Shown: one piece after another, positions 22,701 to 34,907 of the stretch
Layout of the letters: each line of letters opens with the position of its first letter
Position numbering within the stretch: position 1 is the first letter of the stretch
NCBI GenBank assembly: GCA_009602735.1
Contig: WELA01002296.1
Location: forward strand, 205,972-269,971
DNA length: 64,000 bases
Origin: Mesotaenium endlicherianum
Lineage: Eukaryota
Direction: 5' to 3'
Notes under the pieces: model-generated
Seen by the model: the letters and a program-made list of their open reading frames with translations, nothing else
Databases searched by the model: none
Told to the model about the DNA's origin: nothing
Made by a program: the position numbers and the translations under genes

Positions 22701-25700
22701 TGTGGAAGCGCAGCATGTCCATCACGCCCACGTGCGCGACGGCGCACCCGAACAGGTCCGGCCTCTGCTCCCCACAGCACACACGCGCACCACCCACCCC
22801 CGCCACCCACCCCACCCCCAACCCCCNNNNNNNNNNNNNNNNNNNNNNNNNNNNNNNNNNNNNNNNNNNNNNNNNNNNNNNNNNNNNNNNNNNNNNNNNN
22901 NNNNNNNNNNNNNNNNNNNNNNNNNNNNNNNNNNNNNNNNNNNNNNNNNNNNNNNNNNNNNNNNNNNNNNNNNNNNNNNNNNNNNNNNNNNNNNNNNNNN
23001 NNNNNNNNNNNNNNNNNNNNNNNNNNNNNNNNNNNNNNNNNNNNNNNNNNNNNNNNNNNNNNNNNNNNNNNNNNNNNNNNNNNNNNNNNNNNNNNNNNNN
23101 NNNNNNNNNNNNNNNNNNNNNNNNNNNNNNNNNNNNNNNNNNNNNNNNNNNNNNNNNNNNNNNNNNNNNNNNNNNNNNNNNNNNNNNNNNNNNNNNNNNN
23201 NNNNNNNNNNNNNNNNNNNNNNNNNNNNNNNNNNNNNNNNNNNNNNNNNNNNNNNNNNNNNNNNNNNNNNNNNNNNNNNNNNNNNNNNNNNNNNNNNNNN
23301 NNNNNNNNNNNNNNNNNNNNNNNNNNNNNNNNNNNNNNNNNNNNNNNNNNNNNNNNNNNNNNNNNNNNNNNNNNNNNNNNNNNNNNNNNNNNNNNNNNNN
23401 NNNNNNNNNNNNNNNNNNNNNNNNNNNNNNNNNNNNNNNNNNNNNNNNNNNNNNNNNNNNNNNNNNNNNNNNNNNNNNNNNNNNNNNNNNNNNNNNNNNN
23501 NNNNNNNNNNNNNNNNNNNNNNNNNNNNNNNNNNNNNNNNNNNNNNNGGGAGGGAGGGAGGGAGGGAGGGAGGGAGGGAGAAGGGAGGGATGCGAGCAGG
23601 AAGATTACGCACCTGATTAATGCAGGCTGCCACCAGGAGGCCCCCGTTGCTGCCGCCCTCGATGGTGAGCCTGGGCGGCGACGTGTACCCGTGGCGGATC
23701 AGATGCTCCGCACAACTCTGTGGGTCCCCCCCCCCAAAAAAAGGAAACGTGAGAACAGAAAAAAGAAGCAAGAAAGAAAAGAAAAAAAGAAGAGACACGG
23801 GTGAAGGTGCAGGGGGCGGGGCATCTGGCAGGTAGCGCTGCGGAGTGGGCAGGGGGCGTGGCACTGGGGGCAGACTCGAGAGTAGGGAGGACGCATATGT
23901 AATTGAAAAAAATGAAATCAAGAGCAAAGAAAAGACGGAAGACAAGAAAGAGAGGGGAAGGAGAGGAGGGGGAGGAGAAAGAGAGAGGGCGCAGAGTGGG
24001 GAAGAGTATCTGAGTGCGTTTGGGCGGAAGGAGGGGAAAGGGGGGGGGAAGTACACAGCAGGTACGCAACGANNNNNNNNNNNNNNNGGGGGGGGACGAG
24101 GAGGAGAGGGAGGGCGCCACCTGGAAGTCGTCGAAGCAGTTCTGCTTGGCCCCCAGCGCGCCCGCCTTGTGCCACCTGTCGCCGTACTCCCCCCCGCCCC
24201 GGATGTTGGCGATTGCCACCACCCCCCCATAGTGGCGCATGAACAGCACGCGCGCCACGCTGAAGGAGGGCGTGATGGAGATGTTGAACCCCCCGTAGCC
24301 GTAGAGCAGCGCGGGGTGCGAGCCGTCGAGCTGCAGGCCCTTGCGGGCCACCACAAACATGGGCACGCTGGCAGAGGGGGAGGGGGAGGGGGGAGGAGCA
24401 AAAGAAGGGGAACAGAAGGGGAAAGGGAATAGAAGAAGACGGGGAAAGACAAAGAAAAAGAAGAGGGGAAGGGGCGGGGACAGCAGGAAGAGACAGGGAG
24501 CAGGAGGGGACAAGGAGGACACAAAAGAAGCAGCGACGGGGTCAGAGATTTTCTGATAAGTAGAGAGAGACTCAGGCCTGCCGCGCCAAACACAACAGCA
24601 CCTAAACAGCAGCAGGGAACAACAACGCACGAGAGAAGCGGGTGGCAACAACATCCCTGGGACGCCCTGGCCACGTTGTGCCAGCTGGCACCGCGGCGGA
24701 GCTCATTGGTGGAAATGGGGGAAAGTGGCAGCCGGAAGAGCCAGGCCCAGAGGATCTGAAGGGGCCCTTTCACACAGCATATCCTTTTGCATTCTGAATG
24801 CTTCCCTCCTGAGTGACCATCCGCATCTACCCTCTCTCAGGCCTCTCCCCTCCCGCAAGCAGCAGCTCGTCTTCGTGGAGCTCTAGCACAGCATCACTCC
24901 CCCCTCAACGTGCCAGGCAGAGGGCAGAGGGAGCACAGCGAATTGAGAGGCGGATGTGAGGCAAAGCAGAAGGATCGCGTGCATGTGTCGAGCTGAGAGC
25001 GAAGGGCAGGCCGAAGGCTAAGTAGTCACGGGAGCGTGCAGGTATCAGCATGCCAGCATGCCAGCATGTCGGCATGTCAGGCAGAGAGCGATGGGTGAGT
25101 GCCGGTGTCCAGGTGTCCAGGCAGGCAGAAGGCGGAGGAGTTTGCATATGAGGGAGCGAGCGAGGGAGTGCGGGTGCGATGCAAGAGGCAGTGTGAGCCG
25201 AGGAGTGCGGACGGGAGGTAGAGAGTCAGAGAACGAAGGAGAGCGGAGGAGGGGCTCTCCTACCTGGTGCCGTCCTTGCTGTCGACAAACACCTGGCGCG
25301 TCTCGAACGCTGACGCGTCGAAGCCCTCCACCTTGATCTCACGGAACACCTGGCAGCCGCGCAGAGCACGACGGCCCCGGGGTTTGAGGCAAATGTTTCT
25401 CTTACCGAGAAGGCAGCGCAGGGGACAGCTGGCATCAGCGCGGAGCACGACGCCTTGGGGAGGGCAAGTGCTCAAGAACAATCATCATGCGAAAACATCA
25501 GGGGGCAGTTCTAAGTTTCAATCTTTAGGGTTCAAGTGGGCGCACAGCTTGCCACCTGGAGCATCGTCGCGCAGCACGGCAACGGGGGGATTTTACGCGA
25601 TGCCTTTCTAGGGCGGCAGCGCAGGGTTCATGACGTGCTTGGTCTTGCAAACACCTGGCAGCAGTGCAGAGCCAGGCGGCTCGTGACTTCAGAATTTTAC

Positions 25701-25838
25701 GGTAGTGATATACAGCTCCGCAATGTTTTGCGATTTGAAAATCAGATGGATCCACAGGACACCTGGCAGTAGTGCGGAGCGTAATGAGGTTTAATCTCAG
25801 AATGTCTTCAGAGTTGAGATAACTTAGGGGTTCTGGGG

Positions 25839-25872
<34 letters not shown>

Positions 25873-28800
25873 AGGTGTAGGTGTAAAGTTTAGTGCTTGG
25901 CTCGAGAGTTCAAGTGGTAGCAAGATACACCTGGCAGCAGCTCAGAGCGCGGTGCGTCAGCCTCCCCACAGTCTGAAGTTTCAAGTTTATGCCTATAACT
26001 GGGTCTGGATTGGGTCTCAGATTGGGTCTGGTTCAGGTTTAAGTTCAGGTTTGGGTTCAGGTTTGGGTTCAGTTTCAGGTTCGGGAGTGCGAGGCTGCAG
26101 GCTCCAGGGCGCGCCTGTGTGGATGGTGAACACGCGCCTGTGTGAGTGTAAGCGGAAACTCCGAGGTGTTCTGAGAAACGTGGGAAGAAGTCACTGGCGA
26201 CAGAGCGCAGGTGCGCGACGACGTAAGAAAGAAATAAGTGCGAGCGTGCATGGATGGGGGCCTGCGTGCCTGTGCGTGTTTGCGTGCGCGCGTGCGCATC
26301 TCTGTGCGTGCGCATCTACATATGCGTGCATGGATTCTGCGTGGGCGCGCGCGCGCGCGCGCGCGTGTGTGTGTGAGAGAGAGTATCTGTGTGTGCATGT
26401 GCACGCGTGTGAATGAACGCGCACGTGCGCATGCGCCCTGCTTGCACGCGCACTTGCGTATCGCGCTCATGTATGTGTACGAGGCGTGCACGCACCAGGG
26501 GCTCCAGAGAGTTGACGTCGGAGACGTCGCAGCGGAAGATGGTGCCGGGCGTGAGGAAGCTGGCAAAGGAGTAGAAGACCTCCGTGTCGTCCTTGCGCCC
26601 GCTGCTGGCCCTCACGGACCCGATGTCCAGCGGCAGCTGCTGGATCATCCGCCCGTCCTCCAGGCTCCTTATCTGCGGAGGGGGTGCGCGCACAGGCACG
26701 CGCGCACGCATGCACGCGCATGCACACGCGTGTACACACATGCACGCACACACACACACACGTACACATGACCACACACATACACGCACACAATTGCACG
26801 CACACACACATAAAGACACACAAGCACAAAGGCACACACACACAGGGAGAAACGGCACCATGGGTCAGGCAGCAGAAAGAAAGACCGGAGAGGCAGGTAG
26901 GGCTTCAAATGCATTTAAATCTCTCGGGGCAATGGTCTGGGAGGGGGAAGAGACGGAAACCGGCGAGGGGCAGAGCAGGACAGAGGGGGGCCAAGGAAGA
27001 GGCAGAGGAGGATGGACCCAGGGGAAGGCAGCAGAGGGAGGGGGGGGAGGAGGAAGGAGAGCGAGAGAGGGGGCCGGGAAACACTGACAGCTCGAAGCGC
27101 CTGGGTGGCTGTGGGTTTTTTTTTTTTTNACAAGCGCCCCTGCGCCACCCTGTGGACGTTTCCACACACGCCTAGATCCTCCGCATGAGACACTGGGGTT
27201 GGATGGCACCCCAGGCAACGAAGTTCCCGCTGGGGGAGAAGGCAAGAGTAGCGCACATTCCAGGTGGTCAGCGCATGAGCACCAAATGTGGGAACGCAAG
27301 CATCGTCGGGGATGGTGAGGGTCAGGGGTAAGGTTCAACGTGCCAGCAGCTGGTTCTGCTTCGCATCGCGCAGGCAGCGCACGAGCAGCAGGAGTGGGGG
27401 CAAAAGCAGATTAGGGCTTGCGATAGGGTTTCAGGACTTAGCGCATGGACCCAGGGTATAGTGCACCTGCAGCTGGTGCTTGACGTCGTGCAGGTAGCAA
27501 GTCAGCAGCAGGTTGCGGTTGACACAGCGCACCCACTCCAGCACCGCCCCCGTCTCCGCCTCCGGGACCACGTCCGTCCACGTGGCGGGCTCACGGAGGT
27601 CCACGCGCGTCAGCTTGTACAGCGGGGCGTCTTTGTTCGTGTGGAACGTGAACGAGGTGCCCTCATTGGTCACGTAAGAGTACTGCGCCTCAAAGTTGTC
27701 GACGAGCTTCACCAGGGGCAGCAGCGGGGGGGAGGGGGAGGGGGGGGCGGCTTCCTCCCCGTCAGCGGCGGTTGCGGACGCGGCGTCCTGCTGCGTCTGC
27801 TCCTGCGGGCGGCGGCGCCAGGCGTCTCCGGCAATGCCACCTGGCAGCTCGTCGAGGCGCACGTAGTAGAGGCGGTTGACGGGGTCGCAGCCGGCGCTGA
27901 TGGAGACCACCAGATACTGCGCATGCATAGAATCCAGGAAGGAGAGGGAGAGGAAGGGGGGGGAGGGGAGCGCAGGGGAGGGGAGGGGAAGGGGGAGAGA
28001 CCTTCANNNNNNNNNNNNNNNNNNNNNNNNNNNNNNNNNNNNNNNNNNNNNNNNNNNNNNNNNNNNNNNNNNNNNNNNNNNNNNNNNNNNNNNNNNNNNN
28101 NNNNNNNNNNNNNNNNNNNNNNNNNNNNNNNNNNNNNNNNNNNNNNNNNNNNNNNNNNNNNNNNNNNNNNNNNNNNNNNNNNNNNNNNNNNNNNNNNNNN
28201 NNNNNNNNNNNNNNNNNNNNNNNNNNNNNNNNNNNNNNNNNNNNNNNNNNNNNNNNNNNNNNNNNNNNNNNNNNNNNNNNNNNNNNNNNNNNNNNNNNNN
28301 NNNNNNNNNNNNNNNNNNNNNNNNNNNNNNNNNNNNNNNNNNNNNNNNNNNNNNNNNNNNNNNNNNNNNNNNNNNNNNNNNNNNNNNNNNNNNNNNNNNN
28401 NNNNNNNNNNGGGAGACTCAGGGTTAAAGGTTTTAGGGAACCTAGAGTTTGAACGAGTACGAAGAGACCCCCTTGAAATGCACGAAGAGAGCGTTCCCCA
28501 AAGGGGGAGGGGAGGGGGGGAGAAGGGGCGATGGAGGGAGGCGAAGGAAGGCGGGGGTAAGGAGGAGGAGCGACAGGGCGCCAAGCAATGTTATGACACA
28601 GAAAGGGTGGGCGCAGGGGGGTGGGGGGAGAGGCTGGGGCAGTAGAGACAAACACAGACTGGCCCTTGAGCGCGAGGCCGCGTGAATGCAAGTACACACG
28701 CACACGCACACACGCACACACGCACACACGCACACACACAATTGTCTGCGCTCGTTGCACCTCACCTCTCTCTCACTTCTTCACAAACACCCACTCTCTC

Positions 28801-31800
28801 TCCCAGAAACAGACACGCAGCATCACACGCATAAATACATGCACACGCACGTCCATAGGAAGCAGAGGGGAGGCTGCGGCTTAGACAGAGAGCAAGAGAG
28901 AAGGAGAGAGGACGCAAAAACAGAGGTGCATATGTCACACACGCCCCCTGCTAGCATAGACGAACACGCACGCACATTCCATACACTAGCACCCAATTCT
29001 GAACAATCACACGAGCGACTGAAGTGGGAGAGAGCAAGGTGCCAACAAGAGAAAGGCAGGAGAGAGGCAAGGATGGGGCAAGAGAGGGCAAGAGGGACAG
29101 AAAGAGGAGCGAGATTAAGGGAGCGAGCGAGGGCAACAGCAAGATGGAGAGGCGAGAGGAAGACGCAAGAGAGAGGGCGCCAGGTTCCCCCTACACAACA
29201 AGACAAGTTTTTCCCCCGCCTCAGGGCATTCTACGATCTAAATTTTGTTCCTGTAGGGCTCGGAGATCGCACCTGCCCGTCGTCGCTGACCTCTGCGCCA
29301 AACATCCACTGCGGATTCTCGGGGTCCTGCCAGCACAGCACGTCATCGCTCTGGGGGGTGCCCAGTACGTGGTAGCACAGCTGCTGGTGCAGGTTGATGT
29401 CGGTCTCGGTGCCCGCATCCCCCGCCTCGCCCTTCTTGGGCTCTGCAGCAAACAACACGCACGCACACACGCACGCATTACACACGACACACATGCATGC
29501 ATGCACGCGTGCATGCATGCACACGTGCGCGCGCGCACACGGATGTGCAGGCACACGCACGCACACATTTCACACGGCACGCGTGCACGTGTGCGCGCAT
29601 GTCTGCAGGCACACACGCGTGCGCGGACACACACGTGGTGCAGGCACGCACGCACACATTGCACACGGCACGCGTGCACGTGTGCGCGCATGTCTGCATG
29701 CAACGTGGACCACGCGCGCTACCATTTGCACGTGTGCACGCGCGTCGCACGCGAGTGCAGGCACGCGCGCAAGGGGGGGGGGGGGGTGTGGAGTAGGGCT
29801 AAGGAGATGCAAGTGCATCCACAACGTGCAACCACAACAGCAGCATCAATGTCCACCTGGNNNNNNNNNNNNNNNNNNNNNNNNNNNNNNNNNNNNNNNN
29901 NNNNNNNNNNNNNNNNNNNNNNNNNNNNNNNNNNNNNNNNNNNNNNNNNNNNNNNNNNNNNNNNNNNNNNNNNNNNNNNNNNNNNNNNNNNNNNNNNNNN
30001 NNNNNNNNNNNNNNNNNNNNNNNNNNNNNNNNNNNNNNNNNNNNNNNNNNNNNNNNNNNNNNNNNNNNNNNNNNNNNNNNNNNNNNNNNNNNNNNNNNNN
30101 NNNNNNNNNNNNNNNNNNNNNNNNNNNNNNNNNNNNNNNNNNNNNNNNNNNNNNNNNNNNNNNNNNNNNNNNNNNNNNNNNNNNNNNNNNNNNCACTCCC
30201 CCCTCCCCCCCCTCTCCTCCAACCCCGCCTTTTTCCCTGGCAGGCCCAATGGAAGGGGAGTTGTGAACCCCTGAAACCAGAAGCAAGGCCCACCGGAAGC
30301 AAGGCCCACTGCAGGAAACAGAAGGCAAGGGGAGGAGGGGGAGGGGCAGGAGGTGCTGACTGAAGGAAGCGGTAGTAGGACAAGCTGCTCATCCGGACGC
30401 ATTTCAGGCCCAAAAAGGCCATCACCAAAACCTTACACCCAAAACGCTACCCGCAAGCCCCTGGCCCCTGGTCCTCTGATGGAGGCGCGAGCAGGGGGGA
30501 GGCGCGCACAGTGGATGTGCAGCTGCCAGCCATGGAGGAACCCGAACCAGGTTGGTGAAGCGTACCAAAACACCCAGAGTCAGGGTAAGAGCTAGACTTG
30601 GGGTAAGACCCTGACCCTCAAGGACGCGCAGGCAAGGGGGAGGGGGGAAGGGNNNNNNNNNNNNNNNNNNNNNNNNNNNNNNNNNNNNNNNNNNNNNNNN
30701 NNNNNNNNNNNNNNNNNNNNNNNNNNNNNNNNNNNNNNNNNNNNNNNNNNNNNNNNNNNNNNNNNNNNNNNNNNNNNNNNNNNNNNNNNNNNNNNNNNNN
30801 NNNNNNNNNNNNNNNNNNNNNNNNNNNNNNNNNNNNNNNNNNNNNNNNNNNNNNNNNNNNNNNNNNNNNNNNNNNNNNNNNNNNNNNNNNNNNNNNNNNN
30901 NNNNNNNNNNNNNNNNNNNNNNNNNNNNNNNNNNNNNNNNNNNNNNNNNNNNNNNNNNNNNNNNNNNNNNNNNNNNNNNNNNNNNNNNNNNNNNNNNNNN
31001 NNNNNNNNNNNNNNNNNNNNNNNNNNNNNNNNNNNNNNNNNNNNNNNNNNNNNNNNNNNNNNNNNNNNNNNNNNNNNNNNNNNNNNNNNNNNNNNNNNNN
31101 NNNNNNNNNNNNNNNNNNNNNNNNNNNNNNNNNNNNNNNNNNNNNNNNNNNNNNNNNNNNNNNNNNNNNNNNNNNNNNNNNNNNNNNNNNNNNNNNNNNN
31201 NNNNNNNNNNNNNNNNNNNNNNNNNNNNNNNNNNNNNNNNNNNNNNNNNNNNNNNNNNNNNNNNNNNNNNNNNNNNNNNNNNNNNNNNNNNNNNNNNNNN
31301 NNNNNNNNNNNNNNNNNNNNNNNNNNNNNNNNNNNNNNNNNNNNNNNNNNNNNNNNNNNNNNNNNNNNNNNNNNNNNNNNNNNNNNNNNNNNNNNNNNNN
31401 GGGGGGGGGGCACAAGGTGCCAGGGTAGGGTTTATAAAAGAGATCGAGCTACTTGGACTTAAGGGAACACCAGAATTCTCAATATACACAAGCAGAAGGG
31501 GGGGGGGACACGCCCACCAAAGTGGCGACCATAGAAGGACTCAAGCTAGTCCCTCTTAGGGCAGAATTGAACCCTAGGTAGTTCACAAGCAGAGGGGGGG
31601 CACACCCACCAGGGTAGGGCTAACAACACACACCGCGCTAGTAGGAATTCAGGTAAACCCTAGTCCCTAAACCCTCCTAGACGCGCAAACAGAGGGGGGG
31701 CACGCCCACTGGGGGCAGAAGGGTCATAGAAGAAGAACCCAGGGCTGTTTGGGCTCAGGGTAGAACCAACATTGCTACACCTTGGGAGACGGAAGCACCC

Positions 31801-33949
31801 CGAAAGGGGGGCCAACCCCGGGAGGGGTGATAGGAGTCGCCGTATTGAGGATAGCCTATTTGAAAGTGAACCGTGGGTAAACCCTAATCCTCTGTTGTGA
31901 TGAGGCGCGAGCAGAGGGAAGCGGGCCCAGTTGCCGAGATAGCGGTTGTCGAGGAACCCGCACCAACTCAGGGCCTTGCCCCTGACCCTAAACCTTGTTC
32001 CCTAAGAGGGGCAGGGAGAGCAAGCACCGACCACGGTAGCCCTCGCAGAAAACCCGCACTAGCCTAAAGTTAGGGTGAAAATCCAGACCCTAACCCGCCA
32101 GAAAAGGGCGAGGGCGAGCAGCAAGAAGGAGAGGGGGAAACCCACCAGCGTAGCCATTGCAGATGAAGCCGTGCTTGTTGTGCCCAGCCCTAAACCTTGT
32201 ACCAAAGCGAAAACCCTAAAACCGACCCTGCTGAACCCTGGAGAGGCGCTAGCAGAGGAGGGGGAGCCCACCGGGGTAGCGGTTGTAGAAGAACCCGCGC
32301 TCGTCGTGCGTCCACGCGATGCTCGAGAACTTCACCCACGCCAGCTCGTCGTCCAGTTGGCGCCCGCCGCCGGCCTCCACGCGCATGACGCGGATGCTCT
32401 GCCAGTCGCTGCCGCTGGCGCTGAGGCCGTACGCCAGCAGGGCACCGCTCTCGCTGAAGGCGTAGGCGGACAGCGCAACGGTGCCGTCGGCGCTGAGCGC
32501 GTTGGGGTCCAGCAGGACCTGCGCCTCCGCGTCCTGGGAGTCCTGTGGGTTACGCACACGCACGTGCACGCGCAGACACAAAGAGAGAGGGACAGAGAGA
32601 GAGAGAGAGAGAGACAGGTACACATGTGAGTCGTGTGCGCTGGGGTCCAGCAGGACCTACGCCTCTGCGTCCTGCGAGGCCTATGCTTTCCAACATGCAG
32701 GCACAGAGACACACACGCACACGCACACACACACACAGAGAGAGAGAGAGAGTGCACGGGCATCTGAGGGCATGCAAGAGCGCGTGGGAGCCGGCGAGAG
32801 CGCCGGAGTGCATGTGGAACCTGTCTGTCGTCGCCTCGCGCATGCGTGCGCGCGCGCGCAGGCATGCGAGAGCACGAGAGTCCTGTTCACACTTGCACGC
32901 AATGCACCAGCACAGGCAACAAGCATGTGTGAGAGCGCGAGACCCCGTTCGCACTTGCGCGTGCAACACCTGCGTGTGCACACGCACGCGAGTGAGGCCG
33001 TGCAAGCCCCTGCTCACCATTGCACATCTTTGCCTGCACATCGTCACCTGCATGTACACGACGCTCTGGGCCTGCAGCCCGCCGTTCAGGGTTCGGATTC
33101 GGGGTTTAGGGTGAACGAAAAAAGAACAGATGAAGCCTTTTGCACCTGCATGTAAAGGATGCTATGGGCCTGCAGCCCGTCGTTCAGGGTTTTGAACTTA
33201 GGGTTTAAGGTGAATGAACAAAGCATAGATGAAGCTTTGTGCACCTGCATGTAAAGGACGCTCTGGGCCTGCAGCCCGCTGTTGTAGAAGTAGAAGACCC
33301 TTCCCCCATACTTGAAGGGGCAGCCATACTTGGGGTAGTTGTAAAGCTCCGTCATCTTCTCCCTGAACTTCTCCCTCGTCTCACACGACGCCAACACAGC
33401 GCCTGTCAGCTCGTTCTGGCTGGCGACAAACTTCTGCGTCTCCTCTGCATCCGGATCTTCAAGCCAACGGTACGGATCTGCCACAGGGGTCCCATGGTAA
33501 TCCTCCACCACTGATTCGTCCCTTCTGGCAGGAGGATACGTGAGCTTGCCAAACCCCATCCCAGCTAATGAGGAAGTTTTTGACAGGGAGTCCTCTGATG
33601 GGGAGACCTCCGATGGGGAAAATTTGGAATGCAGAGCTGCTGTTTGAACGCTTCCTCTTTGCGAATGAGGATAAGGGCTCTTGCTGGATGTCAGGCGAGT
33701 GGTCGGTTTTGTCAACGGAGAAGCTACCCTGAAGGAGCCAAACTTCCTACAAAAACTCCTGCACTTTATAGTTTTTGTACTTTCGGTTCTGCCCTTGTGA
33801 AAGGGAATTAAATCGGTGACCAGAAGAGAACTTGTGCTGAATCGGAAACAGGAGGAAATATTAGGGTGCGCCCTGAAGCTTTTCAAAAAACTTCCTCCTA
33901 ATGCAGGACAGCAGCCAATTGCCTTGACAGATTGCCCGCACAGCGGCAT
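19796..33949 (-). CDS. PREP: Prolyl oligopeptidase / prolyl endopeptidase (peptidase S9A). Exons: 33949-33245, 32542-32272, 29442-29273, 27916-27467, 26672-26496, 25349-25264, 24367-24121, 23717-23613, 22764-22625, 21464-21291, 19952-19796
   Basis: [50 protein letters not shown], catalytic Ser GGSNGGLL, Asp DHDDRVVP and His KAGHGAG. All 10 introns are GT-AG with consistent phases. Confidence 0.97.
21470..21670. repeat. (GCGA/GCAA)n tetranucleotide tract next to a PREP acceptor
   Basis: gcgagcaagc repeats immediately 5' (on the transcript) of the acceptor at 21465. Confidence 0.85.
22827..23547. other. Assembly gap. Other gaps: 3730-3788, 24073-24087, 28007-28410, 29861-30193, 30653-31400; single-N joins at 27129, 47258, 61581, 62359
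   Basis: Runs of n, mostly flanked by poly-G/poly-C tracts. Confidence 0.99.
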
Positions 33950-34907
33950 GTGACAAATTAAGAATGGCCTAAGAGCAGCGTGAATGCTGCTGATAAATCG
34001 TGGTAATCAAAAGAGGGCACGAACATGGCACCTAGTCAAAATTGCAATTTCATGCAGTAGAGGAAGTTGGGGAAATGGATCATGGGAAAAGTAGTTTGTG
34101 AAAACTAGTCCTCGCACGTACTGGCCCCTATATTACAATATGATATTAACATCATCGGTTGTGCATGTGAGGGCGGGCAAAATTGAAGAGAATACAGCGG
34201 TGGTGACAATCCGGGAATATGTATGTGTATGGAGGAGAAGCGATTTTCACCGGTTATTTCAAACTGACTTGTTTTTTGTCAGGCATTTTCTGCTGCAGAA
34301 CGCAGAAGTCAACAAATAACTTTTATATCGACAAGAACTGTCCTGAAACGAATTCCTATGAAAGTTTGTTTTGCTACTGCTTTGTTCTTCTATCTCCCCC
34401 GAATGACTTTAAAGACATTCACCAACATTCACGGACGAAAGTCGCAGTAAACATACCTTCTTTGGCACTTTATGGTCCACGTGGAAGCAGCGTGCAAGAG
34501 CAGATTGCAGTTGGGCTTCCACTTGGCAATAGAGTGAAGTGTAAAAATGTGGAGAAAAATGTCGAGTATTTGGAGTGATTTGGAGTGAATCGCAGCAAAT
34601 TTGTTGAATGGCAGTGTTGACTTACCTCCTTGGCTCTGAGTGGATGCAATGCCAGGTCTAGCATAATCTGGAGTTCTCAACTCAGAAATTGGTCTGAGAC
34701 TTGGCAGCCTACAAAACATCAACAGCGAGCCAACTTTGCAAACATCATGTATTGGACGCAGCATATCTATTAAAATTGTTGACCGAATTGATGTCTACTA
34801 ACCCACTGCTAAGTGCATTTTTAAATTGGTATCATCCTTCGTCACTAGGGTCGGAGCTATAATCTCCAACTTATCTCCTCTACAACTATCCTCTTAGTTC
34901 ATTAAAG

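Noticed and set aside
25340..25950. Repeat-spacer layout resembling a CRISPR array
   Set aside because: Eukaryotic intron; the repeats are degenerate copies of the adjacent splice junction with irregular spacing, and there are no cas genes.
22267..31489. Long ORFs spanning N runs
   Set aside because: Artefacts of assembly gaps.
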